Source: Octopus sinensis
Lineage: Eukaryota
Assembly (NCBI RefSeq): GCF_006345805.1
Contig: NC_043014.1
Location: forward strand, 19,964,001-20,028,000
DNA: 64,000 bases
Direction: 5' to 3'
The position numbers and the translations under genes are program-made. The notes under the pieces were generated by a model. That model was given only the letters and a program-made list of their open reading frames with translations. It was not told the DNA's origin and did not search any database. Every line of letters starts with the position of its first letter. Positions within the stretch are counted from its first letter, which is position 1. Positions 25,840 to 40,245 of the stretch are shown one piece after another.

Positions 25840-26142
25840 GGAGGCGCAATGGCCCAGTGGTTAGGGCAGCGGACTCGCGGTCGTAGGATCGCAGTTTCGA
25901 TTCCTAGACCGGGCGTTGTGAGTGTTTATTGAGCGAAAAGACCTAAAAAGCTCCACGAGGCTCCGGCAGGGTGGTGGTGATTCCTGCTGTACTCTTTCAC
26001 CACACTTTCTCTCACTCTTTCTTCTGTTGGCCTGCTCGCTTAGCCAGCGGGGTGGCGTCATTCGAAGGCTAAAACAATGCGAAGGCATTGTGACCAGCGA
26101 TGTGTAATAACATCTGATGCTCTGGTCGGTCACGTGACGTGA
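25840..26142 (+). mobile_element. SINE family B (tRNA-like head ggaggcgcaatggcccagtggttagggcagcggactcg)
   Basis: A-box-like tggcccagtggtta and B-box-like gtttcgattcc, followed by a non-tRNA body. Confidence 0.85.
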
Positions 26143-27029
26143 TATATGTATATATGTATATATGTATGTATATAAGTATGTACGTATGTATGTATGTATG
26201 TATGTATGTATGTATGTATGAACGTTTGCTGAGGTTGTGAACTCTGCTGCTATTGTAGTTGGTTCTACAGAGCAATAGAAACAATTTCCACAACAACGGC
26301 ACTTAAGATAACATCATATTTGAAATATGCTGAAAAACAAACATCCTGAATCAACAAACCATCGCATGACAACGGCATAACACAACAGTAAATTCATGCT
26401 TGGCTCAACACAACACCAACCCGATGCAAATCAAGCAATGAGAAAACCTGTACGTAGTCGCAGGAAAACGCTAGAACTAACTAGAACCATCTACCACATT
26501 ATACACCACTTTCTTAGAGTGTAACATATTGGACCCAAAAACGTGATAGTCACTTCTTAACCTTTAACGCAATTAGTATAATAAAAAGTGCAATAGTGGT
26601 GCGCACAGCTTTCAATCTCCCTCGCTTGTGATAGTGCTGCTAAGTTAAGCGAATCTTCTATTGCTACTGGAATATAACGACGTTGTGTCAGGGTCAGGCT
26701 TGGCCTACAGCAAAATTATACTGACAATGAAGAAATGAAATATAACAGAACAGGTGACATTAAGAGCAACAACAAACCACAGAGAAAAATTGGCAGCACA
26801 ATAACTGACAATCGCGCAACACAGCATTAGTATGCGAAACTGTGAATGTTGAAATTTTGTGACGCTCATAGCGTGTCATCATCTCTCAACGTTTTATATT
26901 CTTTGTTTTCGTAAGCAATTAATTTCGCTACTGCCTACGCTTGCAACCATGCATATACACGTGTACACACACTCAAATATAAACACATACACGCCTGCAA
27001 GTATAGACACGAGTGTGTGTGTACAAATA

Positions 27030-27690
<661 letters not shown>

Positions 27691-28380
27691 TCACGTAGAA
27701 AATACAGACGCTCACGGGTGCATCTAGTACTGTATTATCAGCGCTACTTCAATGCTATTCACAGTATATCTTATCATTTAATTATATTTAAATCATTATG
27801 GAAATGGAGTGTCCATTAAGTCGGACAATTTGTCATTGATTGAATCAATTCTGATACTGAGAACTGCTTGATATTTAATGCCGTAATATCTGCAAGTGTA
27901 GGTGGTTGCGGTAATGGTGGAGTAGTGGGCGAGAACAATAGTAATAGTGACGGTTTTGATAAAACTATCGGTGGTGTCCGTGATGCAGATGACAACGGCA
28001 GATGATAGTGACAACGTTGATGTTTGTGTCTTTAATAAAAATGATGATCATTGCTGTAATGTAAGGGATGGCTCTATCAGAGATATAAAATAAAGATAAT
28101 AATAGGGATGGGACAGTGATGATTATGGCGACCATATGTGTGGTCGTGATGATGCTGAGAAGAGGTAGATGCAAGGGTTATTTTCCATGATAATGATGGA
28201 GATACTCGTAGCTATGGTGATCGACGTGGCTGCGTTGTTGGCCAATGACCGAGCGACGATTTTGTCAGTACTTTTAGATGGGGTTATGTTGATTATAATG
28301 ATGGCACGGGTCTTGCCATCTGCTCTCGTTTTCTAATTGTGAAATTGCATGGAGGACAGATTGTAGCGGAGCTAGTTTTG

Positions 28381-28472
<92 letters not shown>

Positions 28473-31379
28473 GAGAGAGAGAAATATTACATTTCTAAAT
28501 CTCTCAGATTTATACAATAGCAGCACGTTAAAGTGATGGTATGAAAAGGAAGAATGCTACTGCTTTTTAGCCCCCACGAAACACCGTTTCCAGTTGGACA
28601 TGACACACTTTCTATGTCCTTAGAGAGAGAGTGATAGAGACAGAGAGAGACAGACAGACAGACAGTCAGATAGATAAATAGATAGATAAAGTATTGAGTG
28701 ATTGATTGGTTTATTGATTGTAAATAGACAGAAAAATATTCATCCAGTGATTTATTTTAGTCCTAGAAGTATGGTTAGGAAATACACATGTATCACAATT
28801 GGTAGCATTTTAATCCCAACATGTTTGGTTTTTATGTTCAAATATAATATAAATAATTTTACATAAAATCATAGGTTACTCTACACATTTGTAGAGTATG
28901 GATTTATTCTTCTTCTTACACAGTAATATAGTTAACAGTCACTTTGAAGTGTCGGCCAGCTATGCCATCTTTGAACTACGATGCATTAGAGTTAGTCATG
29001 ACTTTATATAGTCTCTACTGAGTTGGATCACCTTTGTGCTTGTGTATTCGAGTGGGATGGTTTTAGATCTCTCTGGTTAAAATCCCTAAAGAAGTCTATA
29101 TTTCTCTTTTGTAAGGCTGGCGTGAGGTATGGCTACTTCTTTTATGCGATTGTCATTATTGGATTCAATACTTCTGTTTTGGCAATATAAAGGTTAAAGT
29201 TACAAAGTCCAGTATTTAAAATCTTAGTAATTCGGTATGTCAATTTTTTCCCAAAATAATGTAGGAAGGCGGTAAGTTTAGACAGGTCCTGTCTTAACTT
29301 GTTATGTAGCGTATTACCTGTTTTTATTTGTAATTCTGGAGGTTATTAGCGAGGCTTATTGGCTTTAGTGGCTTAGAAAATTGTTTCTTTTGTGATTTAA
29401 CATTCCCAAATGTATTTGAGTAAATGCTGTATGCCTATATGTTTTTCTCTATATTATATTAGCATATAATGATTCTAAACTGCCTGTTTTGCGGAGGTAG
29501 AGCATTTTTGACGTTTGTTTATACAATTTCTTCAAATTCTGTACGAGGTATATGCTGAAGTGGGGCTTATATATACGGTGTGTATATATTCATATATAAA
29601 AATGAGAACAAAAATATAATTTAAGAAATGATAGATGAAAGGGTTCTTTCTCCTTGCTTACATACAAATGTACCTTTTATGTATATATAAGTTTGAGTAC
29701 TTATATTACAAATTCATTTTGTGGGGATTTTATTTACATAATTTCTAGAGTACTTGTTTAATGTAAAAGTGAAATCTGTAAGCGTGATTTAAAATATATA
29801 TTTATAATGGAGATGGTTTATGGTGTAAAGGGATGAAGGGGAGTTGGTGATATAAGTTTAATCTCTACAGAGAATCCCAAGGGGGCAATACAGCTGAGCA
29901 CTTTATGGAGTGAAATTAACAGTTACTCTCTGACCAGCCATAACAAACAACTTTCTAAATTTTACTACTCTGTTTTAGAGGGCGTTTCTTTTCAGATGTA
30001 CGAACTATTGATCAATATTGATGTATATGAATGTATGTTGTATGTATGTGTATATATATATATATATATATAATATATATATGTGTGTATCATCACAAAC
30101 TCGGATATATATATTATATATATATATCTATATATATATAATATATAGTATATATGTATATGTGTGTGTATGCATATCTATATAATATATATATATATAT
30201 ATATATACATATATGGGTGGGTGGGTGTGTTGTGTTTGTGTGTGTGCGCACATACACACACAAACACACTCACAAACACATACATTACAGCAATAGGAGA
30301 ATGACATATGTATATCTTCCGAAATAATGTAACTTTTATAGTTAACAGGTACAGGTTTTATTCCTCATACTCTTAATAAACTATCGTAGCGTACCTGGCT
30401 TTTTTTTCGTTCATAGAATGTCCTGTAATACCGTGGTAAAACATTCCAAAAAAGCATATCTCATACATATCAGAATTATTAGGGTTAAATTAATTCTGTT
30501 ACTTGTTTGGAAAAATATTCTGAAAGGATCTTACCCTGGATACTGATGTCAGTTCCATGTACATTTAAACTTGGGATATAATTAAATGGTTTTGTTGTAT
30601 TCAGTTATTCTGTATTTCTCAAGGGGGAACAACGTTCAGGCATCACTTATATAATTTAACTTGCAGCATTCCTACATTGTATTCACGATGCGATCGTTAT
30701 GAATTGGCTTGTTGGAGGTGATATATATATAGATAGATCGATAGATAGATAGATAGAGACTATAAAAACAAGAAAACTAGAGTACGACAGAATAAGTAAG
30801 GGACGTTGTGTGCTTGTGGTGGTAGAAGAAATAAAAGACAAAAATTATTTGATGAAAACTTTCCTAAATAATATAATGCTACAGGCGTACATTTAAAATC
30901 AAATCAACGTTGTTAAGGACAGTTTAATTTCTATACAATTCGGATATAATTATAGAATGTATAAATACAACCCATTGCTTTTAGCTGCAGATTTATGTAT
31001 GCATATCCTCAATCCAGCTCAGGCAAATAAGATACCGGTATTCATACAGGATACTCAGGCACATTCATTTCCTCTCTCTCTCTCATATACACATATATGC
31101 GTATATATAATTATATGTGTGTGTGGTGTGTGTGTGTGTGTGTGTGTACATGTGTGTGTGTTTGTATGCATGTGTGTGTGTGTGCATGTATGTGTGAGTG
31201 TGTGGGAATGTGTTTTGTATGTACACTTGTATATGTATATAAATAATCGCAATTATTTCCAAGGAAAAGAAAATTTTCCATCAGATTTAATTTATGGCTT
31301 ACCAAATGTATCTCTGGGGAACCTTGTGAAAAGAAAATAAACAACGTACTGTCGGACCTCACACATGGAAAGTGAGATT

Positions 31380-31600
31380 CTTCATGCAATAAGTAGACTG
31401 ACTCTCTGTCAAATGGAATTTCGAACCTTGAGAGCGACCAGTAAGGGAGAAAGCTTGAAGGGAGATCAGTGCAGGATAGTAAGATCATCAAACAAGTATG
31501 ATCTCAAGCTCAATTGTGCAACCTCCGCGTCGGAGAGCAGTTGTTGGAGACAATATGCTAAGGCCTTCGTCCTGCAGTGGACGAAACACAGGCAATCCAA
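31380..31600 (+). mobile_element. RTE-type LINE extreme 3' relic
   Basis: Translates to [14 protein letters not shown] (a WxxxxxAFVLQW C-terminus typical of RTE ORFs), with the stem-loop tcgtcc-tgcagt-ggacga. Confidence 0.5.
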
Positions 31601-31650
31601 CCTAATCCATAGTATTTTAGTGTGTATATGCACTCACACACATACATACT

Positions 31651-31709
<59 letters not shown>

Positions 31710-31806
31710 TATATAATACATGCATATACATATGTATATATACATATACCATATGTATGTGTATATATATATATGTATGTATGTATATATACATATATAT
31801 ATATTT

Positions 31807-31837
<31 letters not shown>

Positions 31838-33224
31838 GTTGAGTACAGAAATTCGGGGTGAGTACTTGATAATTGTAAGCACCTGTATATACCGTTTGGT
31901 GGTGTAGGTGGTTGAGTAAATTAATTTTTAAATATTTTTTACATGTTTTTTTACATGTTTTCGCAGATTTCTTATATGCATATGTTTACACATATTTGTA
32001 TACATCTTTTAATATCTTATAGCTATACCTGTGTCTCTATACGTATGTCTCTGTGTGTGTATGTAAGTGTATATGTACACGCACATATAGACACACAGCC
32101 GTGTGTGCGTGTACGTGTAGACGTGAGTGCGTGATTCTTTACATGCGTTCTTATATACATATTTTAATATCTTATATCTAAACCTGTATGTGTGGGCATC
32201 TGTGTATGTGTATGTAAGGATGGACGTACGTATGTATATATAGGTGTGTGTATATGCGTATGTATGTATATGTATACATGGCATATATGTATGCATATGT
32301 GTCTGTGTATATGTATATGTGTATGTGCGTGTGTGTGTGTATATAATGTATATATGTAATGTACACGTATAATGTCCGTGTATATATACGCATATTCTGT
32401 TGTATGTATGTAATATGCGCATGTGTGTGGGTATATATTGTTTATGGTATTGTTTAACGTAAGTACGTATGTATGCTTATATGCTTGGAGCTGTGTATGG
32501 CGTGCGTATATGTGCGCGTGTTATGGGTGTATGTATCCATGCTGGTATGTATGTACAAGATGAACCACTTAATTCAAGGAACTAGATTAGCTGCTCAACA
32601 GCTCTGATTTACAATACACTACGTCCCCAGACGCCCCTTTGATTTATTGACCCCCAAAACTTCTACAACTAAATTTTGTCATTTCCTGACCACCATGTTT
32701 GGTCCGTAACCACTATACATCCCTTATCCTTATATTCTTTTACATTTTTATCATTTTATATTCTATTTTTATTTTTATTTTTTTTATTTCTATTTTTACT
32801 TTATTTTTATTTCTATTTCTATTTTACTTTATAACTTTATACCTTTATATTCATTTATATTTTTTATATTCTTTATATCCCCTTTTATATCTCCTTAATC
32901 TCTTTATATTCTATACTCTACACTTTTATATTTTTCTATACTTACACTTTTTATATATTTTTATCCTTCGTCCTGATTCTCGCCCCTCCATCTTAACCCC
33001 TAGTTACTCTTATTACAGGTCCTTTACGTCTATATATGTATTTATTTATTAATTTATTTACATTACTTCAACATCCAATTTCCTCATTCTACATTGAGAG
33101 AAGAACGAGATGGACGCTTTTCAATTCTATGCTGTTGCCGCATTATGTCGTACGCGAATGAGAGGATTTTGCATCCCCAACCAAGAATTTTGATGTAACA
33201 CATGTCCTTGTGGAAGTTTTGTGC

Positions 33225-33301
33225 GCGGCGAAGAAGGCCACAGACATACATTATGCATTGTTATAAATCTGTCTATAAAAGGCCCGAAACATATGTACCG
33301 C
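33225..33301 (+). ncRNA. Decayed minimal hammerhead motif with extended stem II
   Basis: gcgg-C(-)GAAGA-aggcc[acaga...tctgt]ggccc-GAAA-catatg-TA-ccgc. Stem I is a perfect 4 bp, stem III is palindromic and the triplet is GUA. U4 is missing and the first stem II pair is A.C. Confidence 0.6.
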
Positions 33302-33333
33302 TGAGTCCTTGGCATCATGTTTTTTTTTGATCA

Positions 33334-33377
<44 letters not shown>

Positions 33378-33418
33378 CACATACATATACATATGTATGT
33401 ATATATATATCTGTATGT

Positions 33419-36400
33419 ATGTATATATACTTGATTAATAATATAAGTAAACGTATTTCATTACTCTCTTATGATATAGAGATTTTTAATAAACATGCTA
33501 CTTATTATAATGAGGCCCTTAGAGGGGCAGGTTATAATAGGAATATTAACTTTTATAATGTTAGTAATAAAGATTTAAATGATACTTTTCGTGATACTTA
33601 TAATAATAATTATAATTTTGTTAGTATTAGTGGTAAAAATAGTAGATATTATAAAAATAATAATAAAAATGATAAAAATAAAAATAAGAATAAAAATAAG
33701 AATAAAAATAAGAATAGTAAAAATAAAAATAAATTTAATAATAATTATAATAATAATGTTGATAAAATTAATAATATTAATAATTCCTTAAATGCTGTAC
33801 ATAGATATAATTCTGATAATACTTTTAATAATAAAGAATTATAAATAATTTTAATAATGATAATAATATAAGGTTAATGAGAATAAAATTTGGTTAATAG
33901 TTCCTTATGTTGATCAAGTAAAAACGAATATTATCAAAGAGATTTTAGATGTTATAGAACTATTTATTAGAGATAATCGTAAATATAGAAACATTTTCTC
34001 TAGTAATAATTTTGGAGTAGGTTATTCCACCACTAATAATGTAGGTACATATTTCTTCATTTAATAAATTTAAACTGAATAATTTTATAAAAATAAATTA
34101 TGATAATAATAATAATAATGATAAGACTTATTAATTGTACTTGTAGAGATAAATCTAAATATATATTAAATAATAATTGTGATATTAACGATGTAGTGTA
34201 TAAATGTATAGTTACATTACATGATAATAACTTTAAGAATAATAATTACCCAAAGCGTTTTATATAGGGTCTACTCCCTCAAAAATAAAATTAAGAATCA
34301 CACAACATATGAATTCTTTTAAAATAAAAACTTAATCAGCTCAACTGGACTTAGTAAGTACAATTTGGAGACTTAAATCACAAAATATTAATTATAGTTT
34401 AATTTGGGAAATAATTTGTAAAACTAAATCATATACTATAGGAGCGAATTTGTTATTTATGCTCTAATGAGTTTAAAGAAATTTTTATTTTATAAGTATG
34501 ATAATTTACTTAATACAGGTGAAGAGCGCAAAATAAAATGCAGACATAGGTTACTTTACCTATATATAAGTTTCATGATAAATAACAATAATAGTTCCCT
34601 ATTAAAAGTTACTTTAGTTTAATATTAAATTTAGTTCAGAGTATTATATATCTTTAGTTATGTAGTTTAGGCTTTAATTATAGTTAGTCTTTAATTGATA
34701 TTTCTTTGTTTTAATTAGTTCATGTTAATGTATATTAATATATAACAGTTTATGGTACGTTAAAACTTTAATAATTTATATTAGATTTATTTTATTTTAT
34801 TTACTTATTTATTTATTTTATTATGTATTTTTATTATGTATATGTTATATGTATATTTGATGATATATTATTATGGATGATTGGGTTTTTTAATGGTGTA
34901 TATATTGAGTTTTTGTATGTATGTGTGAATCTTTAAGATCCCTTTGTATTTTATTTGGTATGTTGAACATGGCAGTTTTATTTGGGTATTGTCTGTTATA
35001 AAATATACGTTATTTTAGATATTAGGAGATTGTCCGTGAATATGTAGGTATGGGTGTGTATGCATGTTTGCGTGTGTACAAGTGCAAGTGTAGATGCGGG
35101 AGTGTATGAGTGCTATGTAATTGAGGGATTATTTATGCACTTGTATACATGAATGTTTTGAATGTGCGTGTGTTGCACCCGTCTGCGTGTACACACTCAT
35201 ATATAAATATATATATATTATATTTATTTACTTTTTTGAAAAGACTGTTTTTTTATATATGTGTATGTGATGATATGTGTGAATGTATATATATATATGT
35301 ATTTTTTATATATATATATTTTATGTTTGTATATGTTTATTTATAATTTATTGAGTGTGGGAATGAATATATTGGTGTATATATCGAGGTTTGTACGTAT
35401 GTATATGTTTGTGAGAGTGTGTATTGGTTATGTTTGTGGGTGTGTGTATTATGTGTGTGTGTTTGTGTGTGTTGTGTTTTGGTAAGGGGTTTTATCTTTT
35501 TATTCGTATGTATGGATTTCATTTATTTTATTTAGAATTTTTTTGGTTTTTAGTCCCATGCATTATAGCTTGGTTTGTTGTTCATGGTAGTTTTTTATTG
35601 GGTATTGTTTTGTAGCCATTTATACGTATATTTGGATGTCTAGGGAGTGTCCGTGAATATGCATGTTGATGGGTGTGTGTGCATGTGTGCGCGTGTATAA
35701 GTGCATGTGTAGATGTGGGAGTGCATGGTGCTATGTAAAAGTGTGTGTTGTGTATGCACTTGTATACATGCATGATTGATGTGCGTGAGATTGCACCCAT
35801 TTTTTTAGGATGTATATGTTTATTTATCTGTATGGGTGTGGGAGTGAATTTTGGTGTATATATTGAGGTTTATACGTATGTATAGGTATGTGTGAGTGGG
35901 GTGGGTATTTGTATATGTTGTGGGTGTGGTGGTTTACGTGTGTGTATTTGTGTGTGAATGTATAGGTTAGGGGGATTGCTATATAGGTATGTTATAGTGT
36001 TTAGTAAAGGGAGGTTTTATCATTATATGTATTTTGAGTTTTTCGTTTATCATGGTAGTTTTATTAAAGAATTTGTAGTAATTTCTGTATATTTAAGATG
36101 TTTGATATTTTATATTACATTATTCCATTCATAATTTTTAAGTAATGTTCGTTTACCACGCGCAAAGAATTTTTAATTCCATATATTCCATTCATAATTT
36201 TAAATGACGTTCGTTTACATAGCGCAAAGACTTTTTATACATATGTTAGGTTCCTATGGTAACGTACTTTTGTTTGACGTTATAACGGCTAGAGTTTAAT
36301 TTCACTTCATAAATTGAAACTGATTTGAAAGTATGTATATTTTTTTTTCTCCTTATGTTAATTTTGTTACTTATGATATTCTGGTTAATTATGGAGTATT

Positions 36401-37655
36401 TTCTATATCGTATTATGCGTAGTAATGTTGTTTTTCTTTTGAGTGTTTATGTATGTGTGAATGTGTGTGTGTGCGTATTTTGGTTGTGTAATTTATTTAT
36501 CTGTATGAGTGTGGGTGTGAACATATTGTTGTATATATCGAGTTTAGTACGTATGTATATGTATGTGTGAGGGGGTATACGTATATGTTGTGTGTGTGTG
36601 TTTTACGTATGTGTATTTGTGTGTGAATGTATATATGGAAATTGCTATATAGGTATTATTGTGTTTGGTTAAAGGGAGTTTTATCATTATATGTATATAT
36701 GGGTTTCATTTATCATGATGGTTTATTAATGATTTGGAGTAAATTCTGTATATTTACGTTGATTATATATTATTCCATTCATAATTTTTAAAAATACGTT
36801 CGATCACCACGTGTAAAGAATTGTTTATTTTTCTTTTGAGTGTTTATGTATTGTGAATGTGTGTGTGTGTGTGTGTGTGTGATTGTTTGCGTAATTTATT
36901 TATCTGTATAGATGTGGGTGTGAATATATTGGTGTATATGTCGAGTTCTGTATGTATGTATATGTATGTGTGTGTGTGTGATTGTTTGCGTAATTTATTT
37001 ATCTGTATAGATGTGGGTGTGAATATATTAGTGTATATGTCGAGTTCTGTATGTATGTATATGTATGTGTGAGCGGGTATATGTTTATTGTTTATGTATG
37101 TGGGTTGTATGTGTGTGTGAGGCAGTATGAATAAGTAATGTGTTGAAGTTTTTGGCTATTTTATTTATTTATCGTTGCCTAGAAGTTTTTATGTGTATGT
37201 ATAGGGATATATATATAGGTGTGTGAGTTAGTGTATGTATTTAGATATGGTTATATATACTTAGTTATAAGTGTATGCGTATGTGTGTATATATAGTTTA
37301 TTTTAATTTTGTTTTATATTTAATTTTTGATAGGGGTTTATTTAGATTATATATTGATTATATATGGATTATATATAGGGGATATATAGATTATATATTT
37401 TAAATTTTTTATTATTTTAAAATTATTTTAAACTTATATTTTAATATATTGATATTTTAGATCGGAAATCCACCTGAAGATTGTCATTAGAAGACATGAA
37501 ACATTGTAGTGGCGGTTTTTTTACTTTTTATTAAATTTATGTATTGATTAAGTCCCCTGTATTTCCTGTTTGTTTTGCAAATAGTGGTTTTGTCTCTAAT
37601 TAATATTATATAATATTTTACTATAAAATTGGATTTAATCCTAAATCTGATTTTT
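33419..37655 (+). mobile_element. Penelope-like element 3' half: RT thumb, Asn/Lys-rich linker, GIY-YIG endonuclease, long repeat-rich 3' region and hammerhead-bearing pLTR
   Basis: ISKRISLLSYDIEIFNKHATYYNEALRGAGY (thumb) is followed at 34133-34547 by NCTCRDKSKYILNNNCDINDVVYKCIV, YIGSTPSKIKLRITQHMNSFK, TGLSKY(IW)RLK, LIWEII, CYLCSNEFKEI and KCRH, with frameshifts. A hammerhead lies at 37470. Joining 34600-37655 to the same element is inference. Confidence 0.75.
37470..37512 (+). ncRNA. Minimal type I hammerhead ribozyme motif in PLE pLTR
   Basis: ccac-CTGAAGA-t-tgtc(attagaa)gaca-t-GAAA-cattg-TA-gtgg. The core is intact, there is a U.U mismatch at the base of stem II, and stem III is one A shorter than in the 39676 copy. 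Confidence 0.72.
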
Positions 37656-37994
37656 ACCCCTAATATTTATTAAATAATTATTATTATTATTATATATATT
37701 ATATAATATAATATATATATAATAATATATATATTATATATTATATATAATACTTACATAAAATATATAGGGCTAACAAAGTAGTAACATCATCCTAACC
37801 AAGACTGCCACTTTACGTTGACAACTAGATTTTACTCTCTACCACTCCCTCCCCCCCCTCTCCCTCTCTCTTCCTCTCTTATAGGGATAATCGAAATTGT
37901 CCTCCTCCTTTTTTGCTATATATATATATATATATATATATTGATAAAAGCGTTAGACAACAGAAGAGACCTCCTATATCGCGTCACATATTAC

Positions 37995-38049
<55 letters not shown>

Positions 38050-38542
38050 TTTTGTCTCTAGACAATCAGACAATAAGATGTATTTTCTTTATGGCATACC
38101 AATTTCAGAGAAATTTTGGTTCTCGATATTTCTAGCAAAATGCTGCAAATAATACTGGAATACTTTTATAAAGAATAACATTGTTAAAATCAAATTTAAA
38201 AATTGCACCTCGGTAAAAACCGTTTCGACATTTAATATCTATAGGTAACCCATTTTAGAAGAGTTTTTTGCAAGTTTTCAACTCTTTACGGAAGATTTAA
38301 AGAAATGTTTTGTCACAGTTCTGTTTGATGCTAATTGTCACGGGTGTGGTATTTTTGATTTCCTCTCGAAAAAATAATGATGTCAATGAATCGAGAATTT
38401 GTTTTTTATGGTAGTTAATATGCCGTTATGCTGCTTTTCAAATGCTGTGTTACGATATGTTTGTAGTATTTCTGTGAAAGAACCTTTGCCCACAAAATCC
38501 AACGCTATGGGGAAAATATCATAGGCAACTGTAGTACCAGAT

Positions 38543-38891
38543 TCTCCATCCAACCAAAATCTCTCGTGGAAGCACCATCCAACCAAAATGCAAATATATG
38601 AGAAACTACCACCTGTGTCATCTCTTGTGAAAAGTAGGAGAGTCCAGTTTGCTGGACATTGTTGTAGATCTGAAAACGAGGCAATTTCTACTCTTCTCCT
38701 CTGGAAGCCATCTACTCGCAATACCAGAGGGCGCACACTCTCCTACCCTGATGTAATCTCCAGGGATACAGGGATACAGGCATCCAGCAAAAGGACCTCC
38801 GTAATGCCATGATGGACCGTGAAGTCTGGCGTAGCATGGTAAATTCCATTGTCTCGACCACGGTCGAACATTGATGATGATGATGATGATA
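38543..38891 (+). mobile_element. 5'-truncated RTE-type LINE with (TGA)n tail and 11-bp TSD
   Basis: QNLSWKHHPTKMQIYEKLPPVSSLVKSRRVQFAGHCCRSENE and AMMDREVWRSMV, tail (gat)n, and tagtaccagat duplicated at 38532-38542 and 38892-38902. Confidence 0.88.
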
Positions 38892-39484
38892 TAGTACCAG
38901 ATCTATGAGCATTAGCATTGTCAATTTCCGCTTAACTACTTTCATTCAACAGTACATCTCCATAAATATCAAACCTATAAATAAAACTGACTGTGCAGAA
39001 CTGAATGTGCAGAATTTCAGCCGCAATGGTATGTTTTTGGCACACTACCTTTTTATTGACCTAACATTTTACTCTTATATTCAATCAAATTCCTATACTT
39101 TAGAGGCATTGTCTCCACAGTCGCTTGTCCATTTGCAATTAAGCCTCCAGTCGTAAATATACTTTATCCATATCACTATACTACAATGTAAATAAACTAC
39201 TTTGGTTGGTTATACATAACTACCCTTTTACCCTTTTAATCTTTTACTTCTTTCAGTCATTTGACTGTGGCCATGCTGGAGCACCGCCTTTAGTCGAGCA
39301 AATCGACCCTAGGACGTATTCCTTGTAAGCCTAGTACTTATTCTATCGGTCACTTTTGCCGAAACGCTAAGTTACGAGGACGTAAACACACCAGCATCGG
39401 TTGTCAAGCGATGTTGTGGGGAACAAGCACAGACACACAAACATAAACACACACACACACACCACACACACATATATATATATA

Positions 39485-40207
39485 TATAATAATAAATATT
39501 AGGGAATAAATCCAAATTTACAGGGAAAAAATCAGATTTAGGATTAAATCCAATTTTATAGTAAAATATTATATAATATTAATTAGAGACAAAACCACTA
39601 TTTTGCAAAACAAACAAGGAAAGACTTAATCAATACATAAAATTTTAATAAAAAGTAAAAAAAGTAAAAAAACCGCCACTACAATTGTTTCATGTCTTCT
39701 AATGACAATCTTCAGGTGGATTTCCGATCTAAAATATCAATATATTAAACTATAAGTTTAAAATAATTTTAAAATAATAAAAAAATATAAATATATAATC
39801 TATATATAACCTATATATAATCCATATATAATCAATATATATTCTAAAATAAACCCTATCAACAATTAAATATAAAACAAAATAAAAATAAACTATATAT
39901 ACACACATACGCATACACTTATAACTAAGTATATATAACCATATTTAAATACATACACTAACTCACACACCTACATATATATCCCTATACATACACATAA
40001 AAACGTCTAGGCAACGATAAATAAATAAAATAGCCAAATACTTCAACACATTACTTATTCATACTCCCTCACACACACATACAACCCACATACATAAACA
40101 ATATACATATACCCGCTCACACATACATATACATACATGCAGAACTCGATATATACTCCAATATATTCACACCCACATCTATAGAGATAAATAAATTACG
40201 CAAGCAA

Positions 40208-40245
<38 letters not shown>

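Noticed and set aside
25840-25915. tRNA gene
   Set aside because: It has A- and B-box-like motifs but no acceptor stem, and it continues into a SINE body. The same applies to the family A and C heads.
27780-28300. GC-richer segment resembling coding sequence
   Set aside because: It reads as a decayed (GAT/GGT)n trinucleotide tract with stops in the plausible frames.
28935-28985. Hammerhead-like relic on the minus strand (agt-TCAAAGA-tggc...gcc-GACA-cttcaaag-TG-act)
   Set aside because: The stem layout is suggestive, but five core positions deviate, which is too degenerate to call.
28900-29580. Possible retroelement ORF relic on the minus strand
   Set aside because: It looks like decayed coding sequence, but no diagnostic motif could be recovered by hand.
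38383-38736. 117-aa minus-strand ORF
   Set aside because: It runs across the RTE insertion junction, and its first part is antisense LINE sequence.
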